Source of the DNA: Octopus bimaculoides
Lineage: Eukaryota
DNA: 64,000 nt
Direction of reading: 5' to 3'
NCBI RefSeq assembly: GCF_001194135.2
Contig: NC_068984.1
Span: forward strand, 3,583,274-3,647,273
Notes under the pieces: generated by a model
The model's input: only the letters and a program-made list of their open reading frames with translations
Told to the model about the DNA's origin: nothing
Database searches by the model: none
Part shown: in pieces, positions 26,056 to 39,140 of the stretch
Layout: each line of letters begins with the position of its first letter
Position numbering within the stretch: position 1 is the stretch's first letter
Made by a program: the position numbers and the translations under genes

Positions 26056-26835
26056 TACAGGGTGCGATGGGGAAATTGTCACCATTTTATATTTCTAATT
26101 TCACGCATGCACATTGTTTTTGATTTTGTCAACTACAGAGTATTGTAGGGTCAGTTCGGCACTGTCTGTGAGAAAGCAGCACCATGACGTAATTCACTTC
26201 ACCAGAAATTTGAAAATTGCATGCTGTAGTGCTTGGCATTCATTCCGGAAGTTCCAATACGATCATTTGAGAGTGTTTGGGTGTCAATCTGAGGACGTGT
26301 GCCAAGAGTGATAAAAATCAAACATCCAGTCAACATCATGGCATTTGGAGTGATCACTAGTGATGGTGACATTATGCCTCCATTCATCGTCCCACACAGC
26401 CTCGGACTCAACACAGAGGCCTACATCAGGTAATACTGCCCTGCGTCAAGAGGGTGGCAGCTGGAAGACCCTGTGTCTGGCAACAAGACTGAACCATGCC
26501 ACACAAGCAGGAGAACCCAGTCATGGCTGTCAGACAATTTCTGCAACCACATCACCCCTAATAATCTGGCCACCTAACTCCCCAGACTGCAATCCCCTTC
26601 ATTATTATGTGTGGGGCACAGTTGAGGAAGAGACCAACAAAACTCCTTGTAACACCAAAGATGAACTGAGGGCAAGGATTATGGCAGCATTCACCATCCA
26701 GAAGAGTTGCAGGAGATTCTGAAGTCTGGAGGCTGTGGTTGAAGTCAATGGCAATTTTATTGAATAAATTTACTCTTTAGAATTTCAAGATATTTTTATG
26801 CAAATTTGGTAAATATACCTGTTAAAATGAGATGT
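26056..26835 (+). mobile_element. Tc1/mariner transposase remnant, probably maT/DD37D group
   Basis: TA-CAGGGTGCGATGG left end. Frame-corrected reading: IKHPVNIMAFGVITSDGDIMPPF...WQQD..PCHTSRRTQSWLSDNF...WPPNSPDCNPLHYYVWG...NTKDELRARIMAAF. Frameshifts present; right TIR not seen. Confidence 0.85.
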
Positions 26836-29800
26836 CATAAATCAAGAATCCCAAATTTGAGTGAATATTGAAACAGCAAATACATTTTGGATCCTGGGAA
26901 GGACCATATCTGAAGAGCAAACTTGTCATCTATTTTCTATTATCTGACTGGAGTGTGGTACAGTCTTCCAGCTATCCAGCCCTGGTCAAACCGTCCAACC
27001 CATGCCAGCATGGACAACAGATGTCAAATGATGATGCTGATGACAATGATGATGATGTATTCTTATATACAGAATTGTTAACATAACAGCTGATATTTGT
27101 CTAAAAGATTATGATATCATTACAGTTACACTGCAACATCAACAACTAAACATGTTCAACCTCCAACTAGGATATCACTTTTTATTCAATCACAAATTGG
27201 CTTTGTATATCTCCACAACAATGTTTAACAAATGTATATCTCCATGACAATGTTTAATGAATGTAAACACAGATTATCATTAGTTTAACATATTTTTGTT
27301 GTCTTTTTACACAACAAACGCTTGGTGAGTCAACACTGCTGTCATGTAGCTTTCTCTTTTCTAAATCTCATCTGTAAAACTTATTGACAAATGCTCTGAC
27401 CACCTCTTACTCAGGTCAATCATTACTCCATCTATCATTTATCACTTCTTGTTCAAAAGGAAATAGAATGATTTATCATTAAAGGACAAGGATTTTAAAC
27501 ATTTTCAATGCACAAATTTTCTTTTGATTTCGAAAATCATTCGACTTCTGAACATATGAAATAATTCTGACAGTATTCCTAAGTTTACTGTTGTTGACTA
27601 ATTGAAAGCATCTCCAAAAAGTCCACACATTACCCAGACGTCCCATTGTGCAGCAAGCCAAGACACACAGCTTTATTTTGTTCAGTTTATCTGATCACTG
27701 GTTTCATTCCAATTTCACAGCAGAATTATTGACAACCCAGTTGAGAGACAATCCAGTTACTGACAATCCAGTAAAGAAAATAACTGTACATCAGATAACT
27801 CGTAAAGGAACTTCTCTATGGTTGTTTGGCCAAATCTCTCTTGAATTGCAAACTTTTATCTTAAAACAAAGAAAAACACATTAAAGTAGTTGTAGATTCA
27901 TCTAAAGACATGATGGTCTTGTCTGGAATGCCTTAGATTATATCTACTTGATTTGGTTTGACATGGAACTAACTAAACAACAACTGCTTTTACAAAATGG
28001 AAGTGTGCATGGGATTATCATTTTTACTTGTTTAAATCCTTCTTCTAATACATACTTAGCTGATTAGAAGGTTTCAACAGATAAAGCAATGTTAACCATC
28101 AACAAGTCCGTTTGACAACAAGTTCTGTACTTTTGAAAACATCTGAAATGTTTCCACCTGTGTCACTTTGGTCTATGGTCTTTCAGCATAAAGGGACAAA
28201 CAGAACAGTTCCTTACAGACAACAGAGTTGTACTATTTGTTTACAGAGACATACCTGAACCCCCAGAAATAATTCAGATGTGAATTGTTTTGCATGAGGA
28301 AAGAAATTTAGCAGCCAACAACAACATGTTCTGAGTTCAGAGAAATGTCAAGACTTAAAATCACTAAAAATACATCAATTTTAAAGGAAGAAAAAAAGAG
28401 TAAAAATTGAATAGACATAAAAGAGTTATGGAGAAAAATAAAAACAAGAATGAGTTTGTCTCTTGAAGAATCACTAAAACCATTTCTTAGACATGGCTAC
28501 ATTTAAGTGGAATGAAATTTACTGAGATTCGTGCCTTTCTCAAGGTTGATAAAGTGAAAAAGAATGGCTATGTACAACTAAGAATCAAAACAAGGCTTGG
28601 TTTGTGAGAGGACTCATTTACTCTATAATACTCTCCATAAAAAAAAAATACAAACACAAATACACACACGTATATATACAAGCACATATATATATATATA
28701 CATGTGCGTATGCGCACACACATATACATGCACACAGACATTCCTCTATGTGATTCTTCTGTTTCTCCCATGTGTTTCTTCTGTTCATTTAAATATATTA
28801 GTAAATAGCTTTCCATGAAAGCAGTATGAAATGTTTTCAGTCCAGGGTATTTTCGAATATTTTAAATATGCGCATATTTAATGTAGCTCTGTCATCTGAA
28901 CATATGATTATAAACATTACAATTGCAAAAATTTAACTTTCATACTAATGACTTCCTAAAGCCATCCCTTCAACAGTTGGTCTTAAGAATAAAACATAAT
29001 AGCAGACACTTTTCAAAAAATGCTAAAAATAAAAATAATAATGTTTATAAATAATGCATACATATGCGTACGTACACATAACCACTCATATTCTTAATAC
29101 AGAAGCAAAGATAATGTACAGAGAAGCTTATGGAGACACACAATTACAAAGACATACACGTATTCTCTAGGAAGAACGAATGACTTTGAGAAAGACTTGT
29201 GATTAAAACATTTTGTGAATTTGATAACAATTATCAGAAATATAATATACGAAGATTTAATTGTAGCTTTCTGACATTCTTCTTCAGAGATGGGAACATC
29301 AAACATTTATTGCGAACTAAAAAGCCAGGTTGAAGACCTTAGATCAAAATGCAATTCAAAAAATTTTACAATTCTCTTTCACTTTTATTTCTTTATTTAT
29401 TTTTGGTTATTGATACAAAAAGGTTAATAATGGTGATCTTTTAACAATATTTCTTAATAGCAGGAGACATCACTTAGTTCAATACCTCACACATCATTAA
29501 ACTTTTGTTCTTAGCATATAAAAAGGCCTTTTCACGATAGGGTTTACTCCATTGGTTGAAGATGGAGTGATTGTAAAACTGATAGACAAGTAAACAATAA
29601 ACATTAGAGATGGTGTCGCTGTAGCCCTAACAGACATATTCAGTTCTGACAAGCACCAAACGTTACATTTAAGTTCATAGCAGACCAAGTCCAATTTCAA
29701 ATCTAACCAAAGTCACTTCACTAACTGCTAATATTTAAAAGAAACAAGGGGACAAGCTGGCAGAATTGTGAGCATGCCAGGCAAAATGCTCAGCGGCATT

Positions 29801-30281
29801 TTGTCTATCTTTGCATTCTGAGTTTAAATTCTGCCGAGGTCAACTTTGCCTTTCATTTTTTGGGGGGTCAATAAAATAAGATCCAGTTTAGCAATGGGGT
29901 TGATATAACTGACTTGGTCCCTCCCCGCCAAACTGATGGCTTTGTGCCAATATTGAAAAGAAACTGTCATCGGAATACATTGGATTAGTTTCGAGTTGAC
30001 TTCTGTATTGTTTATCATTTTCATTCCCTTTTCTACTTCTTTCCAGACACGTCTGGCAGAAGTACCTCATGGTATTAGATATCTGAACTGTTTCAATGAT
30101 TTTCCTAATTCAACCCCCATTACAATATAATGATCAACAATGTTTTACTAGAAAATAAAACAGAGTTGGGTTCGTTATTTTCTGCTTAGTGTTACACTGT
30201 AAGAATTTAAACTCATAATAAACATCTTTGCTAAGATTCCAACAATTATTCTTCATTATTCTTCATACAGCATTTGCTGTA

Positions 30282-30313
<32 letters not shown>

Positions 30314-30686
30314 TACAACTACTTCCCAGCTTCAAATACAATAGTTAGATACCAATAAGCCCATCAAGTTTGCACAGCTCAATCTTTATTCACCATTATT
30401 CAAAGTTTTCTACCAGTCTTACATGGTGAGATATTTAAAGTGATGCTGAAGCAGTGTTTGTCTCTAAGGCAGACATTGTACAGACATTGTCTTACAGAAT
30501 GTCAAGTTCCTTCTGTAAGGTTTGACTGTCCTCCTATACAACAGTTGACCCAAACTGATATGACTACCCTAATACGATATTCCCTACTGACAGTAAACAG
30601 TCTAAACACATTTCTCAGGTCATGTCGTGGCTTTCACAATTATTCTCTGATCTCTGAAATACAATACAAAAACACGTTGCACTTAC

Positions 30687-30837
30687 TTAATGAAGGAAGG
30701 AAAGTCTTCATTTGGCGTATCACAGCCCGGCCATTTACAAACACCATGTCGGAAAAGTGGGTGCGATGGACTAGACGCTTCATGCTCCTGTTTAATGTTA
30801 ACAGCCGACTGATTCAATAAACTACCACCAAGACCAC
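30687..30837 (-). CDS. FoxP: FoxP exon D (151 nt, phase 1/2): [49 protein letters not shown](K), first half of C2H2 zinc finger
   Basis: Absent from the ORF track; found by searching for CKWPGC. Acceptor ttgttttctgcag|GT and donor AA|gtaagt. Phases bridge exons C and E exactly. Confidence 0.96.
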
Positions 30838-32209
30838 CTGCAGAAAACAATAGCAGAAATTAACGGTCGAATCTTTGGCATTCAAAGAAGAAAGTTAATT
30901 AATAAACATGAAGTCAGTTTCGGATGAAATCAAAAGTCAAAGAAAGAAAAGATATTGAAAATGGTGCAAACTCCAGTATTTGAAACTTGAATAATAGTGG
31001 CACAAGCAAGGCAGTGAGTTGGCAGAATTGTCAACATGGTAAACAAAATGTTTAGCAGAATTTCATCTCTCTTTACATTCTGAATTCAAATTCCACTGAG
31101 GTTGACTTTGCTTTTCATCCTATCGAAGGGTCAATGAAGTAAGTACCAGTCGAGTACTGAGGTCCACGTAATCAATTTACTCCCTCCCCCAAAATTGTTG
31201 ACCTTTCACCAAAGTTTGGAGCCAATATTTGTGACATAAATATAACAGTTTTTTTCTTATATTTATAGACATGGAGCTTGTAATATATTGTAAAACCTGA
31301 GACTCTCTTCTTTTTTAATAGAATGTGTGTGATTTACAGATTTTTAGAGAGATTTAATTGATAGATTACATTAAGAAAATAATAGATGAAGTATGTAACA
31401 TGGGAGAGATGTGGTGTGACAAAGGAAAAGACAACATAAAAGTCATGTTATACAACATAATATAACAGACACATGTTACAAAATAGGATAAAACATTGCA
31501 GGAATGTTACACAGATATAGTATAAATATTTGAACAGATATTAAATGGGGATATGTAATATAGAAGTGTGTTATATGGAGGGGCATGACACAAAAAAATG
31601 TCACATAATTTGAAGACTAAAGTATAGAAACACAGGATATAAAAGTTGATGCAATATACATCTGTATATTTCCAGTGGAACTTGGCACCCATGTCAGTGG
31701 AACGTTAAAAGCATCATTTGAGTGTGATTGTTACCAGGACCAGTGACTGGCTCATGTGCCAGTGGCATGTAAAAAAAAGCACCATTCAAGTGTGGTCATT
31801 GCCAGTGCCGCTGAACTGGCTCCTGTGCAGGTGGCACGTAAAAAGCACCATTTGAGCATCGCCGATGCCAGTACTGCCTGACTGGACCTCGTGCCAGTGG
31901 CACATAAAAGCACCCACTACACTCTCAGAGTGGTTGGTGTTAGGAAGGGCATCCAGCTGTAGAAACATTGCCAGATCAGACTGGAGATTGGTGCAGTCAT
32001 CTGGCTCACCAGCCCTCAGTCAAACCATCCAACCCATGCCAGCATGGAAAGTAAACGTTAAACAATGATGATGATGATAGTAACGGTGAATGTTGCTGAG
32101 GATTTATTTAGTTATTTCTAATAGAAATTTAAGAAGGTGGGAGACTCTAAAAATAGAAAAAGTTTTAAATTGTAGCAAAGAATCAGAAAGTAAAAGACAA
32201 TATATATAA

Positions 32210-32600
32210 GCCAAGTAAGATCGTTGCCAGTGCCCCTGGACTGGTTCTTGTGCAGGTGGCACATGAGATGCACCATTTTGAGCGTGGCTGTTGCCAGTAC
32301 CGCCTGACTGGCTCCCGTAGGATTTTCGAGCGAGATCGTTGCCAGTGCCCCTGGACTGGCTTGTGCGGGTGGCACATAAAAGACACCATTTCGAGCGTGG
32401 CCGTTTTCGTGCGGGTGACACGTAAAAGCACCCACTACACTCTCTGAGTGGTTGGCGTTAGGAAGGGCATCCAGCTGTAGAAACTCTGCCAAATCGGACT
32501 GGAGCCTGGTGTTGCCATCCGGTTTCACCAGTCCTCAGTCAAATCGTCCAACCCATGCTAGCATGGAAAGCGGACGTTAAACGATGATGATGATGATGAT
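32210..32600 (+). mobile_element. (GAT)n-tailed retro-element family C with internal ~66-bp tandem units. Other copies: 12140-12615(+), 25645-26025(+), 31690-32080(+), 47620-47833(+), 51751-51920(+), 55180-55452(-), 51001-51136(-), 19030-19133(-), 11641-11692(-), plus tail fragments
   Basis: Shared 3' block GGTTGGCGTTAGGAAGGGCATCCAGCTGTAGAAAC...CCAACCCATGCTAGCATGGAAAGCGGACGTTAAAC(GAT)n, with variable 5' truncation. The microsatellite tail suggests mobilisation by a LINE (inference). Confidence 0.85.
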
Positions 32601-32647
32601 AAGACTATCAGATAATTAAGACTTTGGTAAATTGAAAGAAAACTCAC

Positions 32648-32881
32648 CTGATAACAGGTAACCATCAGGAATGCCATTAGTGAGGTAAGAAGAGGTTTGG
32701 AGTAAAGGATTCATAGAAGCCGATGTAACAGAAGCTGCTGCCACGGCAGCTGCCTGAGCCACACTTGTGGCAAGTGTAGCCATACCATTGAGGTGGTTTT
32801 TAGAATCAACAGAGCCATCAATCCCAGACTGAGAAGCGACTTCCTTCCATAACTGCTGGATCTCTGCTGGACTCATAGCCG
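32648..32881 (-). CDS. FoxP: FoxP exon C (234 nt, phase 1/1): (T)AMSPAEIQQLWKEVASQSGIDGSVDSKNHLNGMATLATSVAQAAAVAAASVTSASMNPLLQTSSYLTNGIPDGYLLS(G)
   Basis: Acceptor ttatctcctttctaccacag|CG and donor TCAG|gtgagt. SPAEIQQLWKEV is the conserved FoxP1/2/4 motif. Confidence 0.95.
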
Positions 32882-33351
32882 CTGTGGTAGAAAGGAGATA
32901 ACAAAACAAAATTTTAAGCATTTATGTGAATATATATATATAGCTGGATGGACACACACACATGTGCACGTGCATGCACACAAGCTGCCAACAAATGAAC
33001 TCTCAGTTTGAGTGAAGGGAAGATCATATAATACTTGCATACAAAACTCGATGCTGCATAGGTGTAAAACATGAACAGTATTGAATACGTGTGTGCAATG
33101 AGTGCAGTAGATGTGTAATGCAAAAGTGCATGAAAGACGGAGTAGAAATGAGGTGAGTAAAAACTGTGGATTTAAGAGAAATTACATCAAGATAGAAAAA
33201 GAATGAGATGATGTAGAGATGATAACTGGGTACAAAATTGACAAGTGATTAATAAGGAGGGAACCTGTGAAACAGAACAGAAAAAGAAATCTGAATGCTG
33301 ATCAGATAATTGTGAAATTCAGAAAAGGAGATTATTAATGGAGGATAAGAG

Positions 33352-33737
33352 NNNNNNNNNNNNNNNNNNNNNNNNNNNNNNNNNNNNNNNNNNNNNNNNN
33401 NNNNNNNNNNNNNNNNNNNNNNNNNNNNNNNNNNNNNNNNNNNNNNNNNNNNNNNNNNNNNNNNNNNNNNNNNNNNNNNNNNNNNNNNNNNNNNNNNNNN
33501 NNNNNNNNNNNNNNNNNNNNNNNNNNNNNNNNNNNNNNNNNNNNNNNNNNNNNNNNNNNNNNNNNNNNNNNNNNNNNNNNNNNNNNNNNNNNNNNNNNNN
33601 NNNNNNNNNNNNNNNNNNNNNNNNNNNNNNNNNNNNNNNNNNNNNNNNNNNNNNNNNNNNNNNNNNNNNNNNNNNNNNNNNNNNNNNNNNNNNNNNNNNN
33701 NNNNNNNNNNNNNNNNNNNNNNNNNNNNNNNNNNNNN
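33352..33737. other. Assembly gap. Others: 178-187, 6709-6792, 11327-11336, 12675-12726, 41591-41954, 51137-51640, 57090-57099
   Basis: Runs of N. Confidence 1.
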
Positions 33738-34240
33738 TGATCAGATAATTGTGAAATTCAGAAAAGGAGATTATTAATGGAGGATAAGAGGTGGTGCGGT
33801 GCTGTGATGAAGCAGACCTATCCAACCCAGTAAAATTCAACGTTGAGTGAATTTGGTAAAACAGGAACTGTGGGAAAATAGCAAGGTGTCCACATACATA
33901 CAAGTGTGTGTGTGTTTGTGTGTGAATGTTGTCATCTCATGGCTTTGCTTGAGTGAAACATTGATATCATGTTTACATTTCCTGTTGACATGACTGGTGC
34001 TGTCAAAGATATGTAGAATAAAAAAAAAGACCCCTTACTTGAAAACTGGTAAAGGTTGGTGAGGGAGCAATATCTAGCCCTAAAACCCTGCCTCATGTAC
34101 ATATTCACCTAACCACTGTTTTACAACCATGTGGTTTAAGGTTTGACCCATGGCATGGCACCCAGGGCAAGTGTCTTCTATTATAACCTTCAGCTGATCG
34201 ATGCCTTGTGAGTGAATTTGGTAGATGGAAACCGAACAAA

Positions 34241-34287
<47 letters not shown>

Positions 34288-36633
34288 ATACACTCTGTTT
34301 CACTAGAATAAGCAGTGAGATACCATTAGGGCCATTAGTGACAAGTCACTTTTCCACACTTGCATGGGTCAGCGAGAGTTTATGACTGGGTCAAAGCATA
34401 TTTTCTATGGTCACATGCCTTTCCTGTTGCCAACCCTCACCTGTTTCCAATCAAGGAAATATTTCCAGATGGACAGGTATGCTTTCACACAATATTGGAA
34501 ATGACCCATACCAGCATGGAAAGCGGACGTTAAACAATAATGATGATGATGATGAATGCCATTCATTTATAACACTCATGTAATGTTAAAACAAGGAGAC
34601 ACACACACACAATGGGCGTCTTTCAGTTTCTGTTTACCAAATCCGCTTACAAATGATTGCACCAAAACAATAGTTGAAAACAAATGCTCAAGGTGTCATG
34701 CAATGGGACTGAACCTAAAATTATGTGGTTGGGAAGCAAGTGTCTCAATCATACAGCTACACCCGCACCAATATAAAAAATTGTCCTGGCAGTACTGGGA
34801 TTTGAACCAACACACGCATATATATCAGATGCAGGAACTTTCATGTAAATGTTTGAACGCAGTTATTCATAAATTCAGACTAATATACTCTTATACAAGA
34901 AGAAAATTGTTATATACACAGACACCGAAGGATAATGTTATGTGGATATATAATAATGATATAGAGGAACATGGATATGTAGTAATGCTATACAGATGTA
35001 TGAGTATATGATATTACACAGAAACATGGATATATAATAACACAAGGAACCTGGATATACATATAATGACAAAAGGGGTTTGGAGAAGCTGCATGAGAGG
35101 TTAATTGTCAATGGTATTGTTAGGTTAGGATAGAAAGACACATGGTGGCGTTGATGAGGTGCCATGTCACATGACTGTATATATATATGTGGGGGGGGGG
35201 GTGTTAGTAAATAATAACACTTCCCTTCCATTGATGTGACACTTTATACTGAACCAATACAACAAAATGATTGATACACACACACACACACACTCTCTCT
35301 CTCTCAAACAATACAGAGAATATAAGAATATCCTGAGATATTGTATTCTAATGGTGATGGTGATGATGATTGTTATTATGTGGTCATAGTTGTCACTGGT
35401 GATAGATAAAAGGAGTGATTGTAATTGAAGTGTGTGGTGGTGGTGGTGGAGGAATTGGTTTGTAGGTGTGGTATGGGTGGTCATGGTTTACGGATTGTCC
35501 AGCATCCAACAAACCAATTTCTGGAGAAAGTAAACTGCTGTTCCATTGGTGTTAATGTTGTTGGTTATATAACCTTTACAACAACCATCACCTCAACCCA
35601 CACATAACAAATATTGTATAATCAATGTCTCCCCCACCCAACTTTCTTCACACATACCCCTACCTTTCCCATCTCACCTGCCTTAGCTATTCTTATTCTC
35701 TATCTTTCAAAATCTCCATAAAACCCACAATAACTAACCTCCATCTCTCCTCTTCTCCTCCCTCTCGTTCTCATGCTAAAATCACAGCCAGTTTCTATGC
35801 AGCCTCTTCTGTCCATTTCTACCCCCAACTCCCTCTAACCTTCTCGCTTTCTTTCCCCCCCCCCTCTCCCATAGGAGTGGTCAGGAATCCTTGAATCAGA
35901 ATCTATGATTCTATTCTGAAATTTCACTTGAATAACACCATTGCATTCGTTTGCTCAACTTTATTTACCCAGTCCCTGCTGCTTGTCACTGTTGCTTCGA
36001 TTTGTTTACGAAACGCCAAAATCATTTACATTTTCGACTGGAGAAATTAACTCGGCCTAAACACAATTCAGTAGAGTATTGACTGACAAAATATGTTTTA
36101 GTTTGTAAGACTAACCAATATTTAGAATTCCTCACAGATGGTTGAATAAGCTGATCTAAGGAAGGAAAGAGCTCAATCACATCAGAATCATGTCTGTTTG
36201 ATTGCAGGATCTCTGCAAACACAACTCTCATTCTGAGAGTGCTGTGTGGATGACAATCAGTAAAAACAGATGCCATTGGATAGGGTTTGCTCCCCAAACC
36301 AGAAAGGATGGGGATGGCGATGGTGGGGTGGGGGTGGGGGTTGTACCAGCAGATTTTCAATGTTTGCAAAAGATGAAGAAAAAAAAGAAAAAAAAACCGG
36401 AACACAAGCTTATGTATTTGTTTAGTGTCGTGTTTTTACTGGTCAGTTCACTTGCAAACCACTCCATTGCTGGCCTGCTGTTGCATCGTCAGTGAAACCT
36501 TTCACACTCACTCAACTTGATTCCTTTAGAAAGCACAGAGAGAGGAAGAGAGAGAGAAAGAGAGAGAGGAGAGAGAGAGAGTAAAGAAATAAGCCAGTCT
36601 TATCAGAAATTCTTATGTCTACAGAGGAGAAAA

Positions 36634-36664
<31 letters not shown>

Positions 36665-37850
36665 GTGAGAGGCAAGGTTGGGTTGGGGAAAGAAATCTGT
36701 ACACTTGTATTGATTATTTGTTGCCATACTGTGTAGTACAAAATAGAGAAGTGGGCAGTGGTGGTGAAGAACGGTGAGAAGTTCCACTGTCCAAAATCTG
36801 TCTATTGATTATTGTCAGTTGGTGTCGTAGTTTCCATTCTGACCAATTTTGCTCTGACATGGACTAAATTATACAGTTTCCACTGAATAGACGAAAAGTG
36901 ATATTTAGTTAAATATCACATTATTTAAAGATTATTGTGGTGGTAGTGGTGGTGGTGGTAGTAATTAATATTGTTATTAAGGATGAGAGAACAGTGAGAA
37001 TGGTTGAAAGAATTGGGGTTGTTGTTTTAGAATATATTAACAAAGCTTGTTGTTGCTATTTAGCCCCAGGTCTCAGTGCCACCTGAGCTGACCAATCATC
37101 AAAGGTGATCCAGCTGTGATCAACCTTTTTGATACAAATATCAAGAACTTATTTTGTCCAATGTAACCCATTTTACTAAAAACAGAAGGTGTGATTTGAA
37201 GGAGAACATGCTGCTCATTCTAGTGAGTCAAGCAGCTATGTGCAGTCTCCCTTGCTCTCCCATTAACTCTTGTTTGAGGTGGTGGTGGTGTAGTAGCAGT
37301 ACTGATGATGATGATGATGATGATGGTCACCACAGTAAGGTGATGGAAGTGGTGATGGAGGTGGCGGTGGTGGTTACAATTATCTTAAGGTGGCACTTGT
37401 GGTTGGTGTAGTTATCATTTTACTGTAGCAGTCGTAGTGGTAGTAGCAACAATAAAAGTAGTAGTTGTTGTAGTAAAAGTAATGGTAGTGGTGCTGATGG
37501 TGATGCTGGCAATAATGATAAAGATGATGATGATGGGGGTGTAGTGATGGTGGGGTTGGTGACAGTGGTGAAGATGAAGCTAGTCCACTGACAGAAATTA
37601 AGTGAGAACATTAATATATATCACAAATATGTACACAATTTTTAATACATTGATGAAGGGGGGGGGGACAAGGAAAGATATTATGATTTAAGATTTTTCA
37701 TGAAACAAAACCTAAACCACACACACACACACATACAAACACACACAAAACTAATTTACAAAATCTACTTATTGTTGATAGATAATAGCTATATCAACCT
37801 AATCTAAATTAACAAAAATAACCAATATCTTTCATTTTGCAAAATAACAT

Positions 37851-37870
37851 TAATAATAATAATAATAATG

Positions 37871-37935
<65 letters not shown>
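37851..37935. repeat. (AAT)n microsatellite, representative of the many (TA)n, (CA)n, (GA)n, (AAT)n, (GAT)n, (GGT)n and (GATA)n tracts in the window
   Basis: Read directly. These tracts account for most of the spurious ORFs (YIYI, THTH, ERER, IIII). Confidence 0.95.
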
Positions 37936-37937
<2 letters not shown>

Positions 37938-38783
37938 TAGGTGAATAAAAAATAAAGAGAAAACAAGATAAAATACATGAATAGATAGGTAATTGTAAGT
38001 AAAACTTAAGCTGTGGCTGGAAAAATAATCAGTTCCGAAGAACAATACAAGTTGAAGCTAGTTGGAATATTTATTCCAAAGAATCTGATGCAAAACACCC
38101 AGTATTCAACAGTAAACATTTTAAACAGACTTTTCAATGACAATATATTATGCGCACACATTTGTGCACGTGCAGAAATTCATGTAGTCTAGTGGTTAGG
38201 GTTAGAGATCAAAGGGTTTCGGGTTCAGTCCCTGGACTGGGTGGTTCATTGCGTATTTAAGTAAGTTACTTCATGTGGCTAACTGTGTACCAACTAAATG
38301 CTGGGAGCAACTCTCTCTCTCTCTGTGTTTTCATTTGTCACATTTGCTATGTTCCAGTAAGAGGAAGTCAGCATCTGCTAATAACTACATAGGTATCTAA
38401 AACAATGGACAAAAGTGTGACACAAGTTACCAACACACACACACACACACACATGCGTGCATATGTCCTTTTTTACTTGTTTCAGTCATTTGGACTGTGG
38501 CCATGCTGGAACATGGTCAAAGAAATCGACCCCTGGACTTGTTCTTTGTAAACCTGGTACTTATTCTATCAGTCTTTTTTGCCGGTCTGCTAAGTTATGG
38601 GGGACATAAAGCACCAAAATCGGTTGTCAAATGATGGCAGAGGGACAAACACACAAATATATACATATCTTTTTTTCAGTTTCCATCTACCAAATCCAAG
38701 GTTTAGGTTGACCCATGCAGTGAAACTGAACCTGGAACCACATGGTTGGGAAGCAAACTTCTTACCACACAGCCGCACTTGCG

Positions 38784-38844
<61 letters not shown>

Positions 38845-39140
38845 ATATAATCAACCATACATACTTAACGCATATGCGTCGTGTATTTGGTGGTAGGCTG
38901 CAATTTGGCATGGTGGAGATTACTCTCTCAAAGCACAGGGAATCAAAAGAAATCTGAAAGTCATGGACAGGTGAGTTATCTTGCCAGTCCATGACTTTCA
39001 GGTGTTTAAAAAACCTGGCACTTTGCGAGAGTATTCCCCACCATGTCAAATCCCTGTTTACCAACAAATATATGACATATATTCGTTAAGTATATGTTAA
39101 GTATATGTTAAGTATATGTGGGTGTGATAATGTTGTATTA

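Noticed and set aside
27204-27261. 29-bp tandem duplication; similar degenerate repeats at 20410-20500 and 46780-47010
   Set aside because: Ordinary local slippage with no structure or motif suggesting function.
30440-30820. 126-aa plus-strand ORF
   Set aside because: Antisense shadow of FoxP exon D extended into repeat sequence; no recognisable domain or splice structure.
31690-32460. Regular ~66-bp palindromic units resembling a CRISPR array
   Set aside because: No unique spacers, no cas genes, eukaryotic context; the units are internal to a dispersed retro-element.
33299-33790. Exact 53-bp direct repeat on either side of the 386-N gap
   Set aside because: One copy ends exactly at the gap and the other starts exactly after it. 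This is the signature of unmerged contig overlap, not biology.
37260-37580. His/Thr/Asp-rich ORFs (also 48740-49030, 63240-63461) resembling low-complexity TF exons
   Set aside because: Degenerate (GAT/GGT)n trinucleotide tracts without splice sites in a compatible phase.
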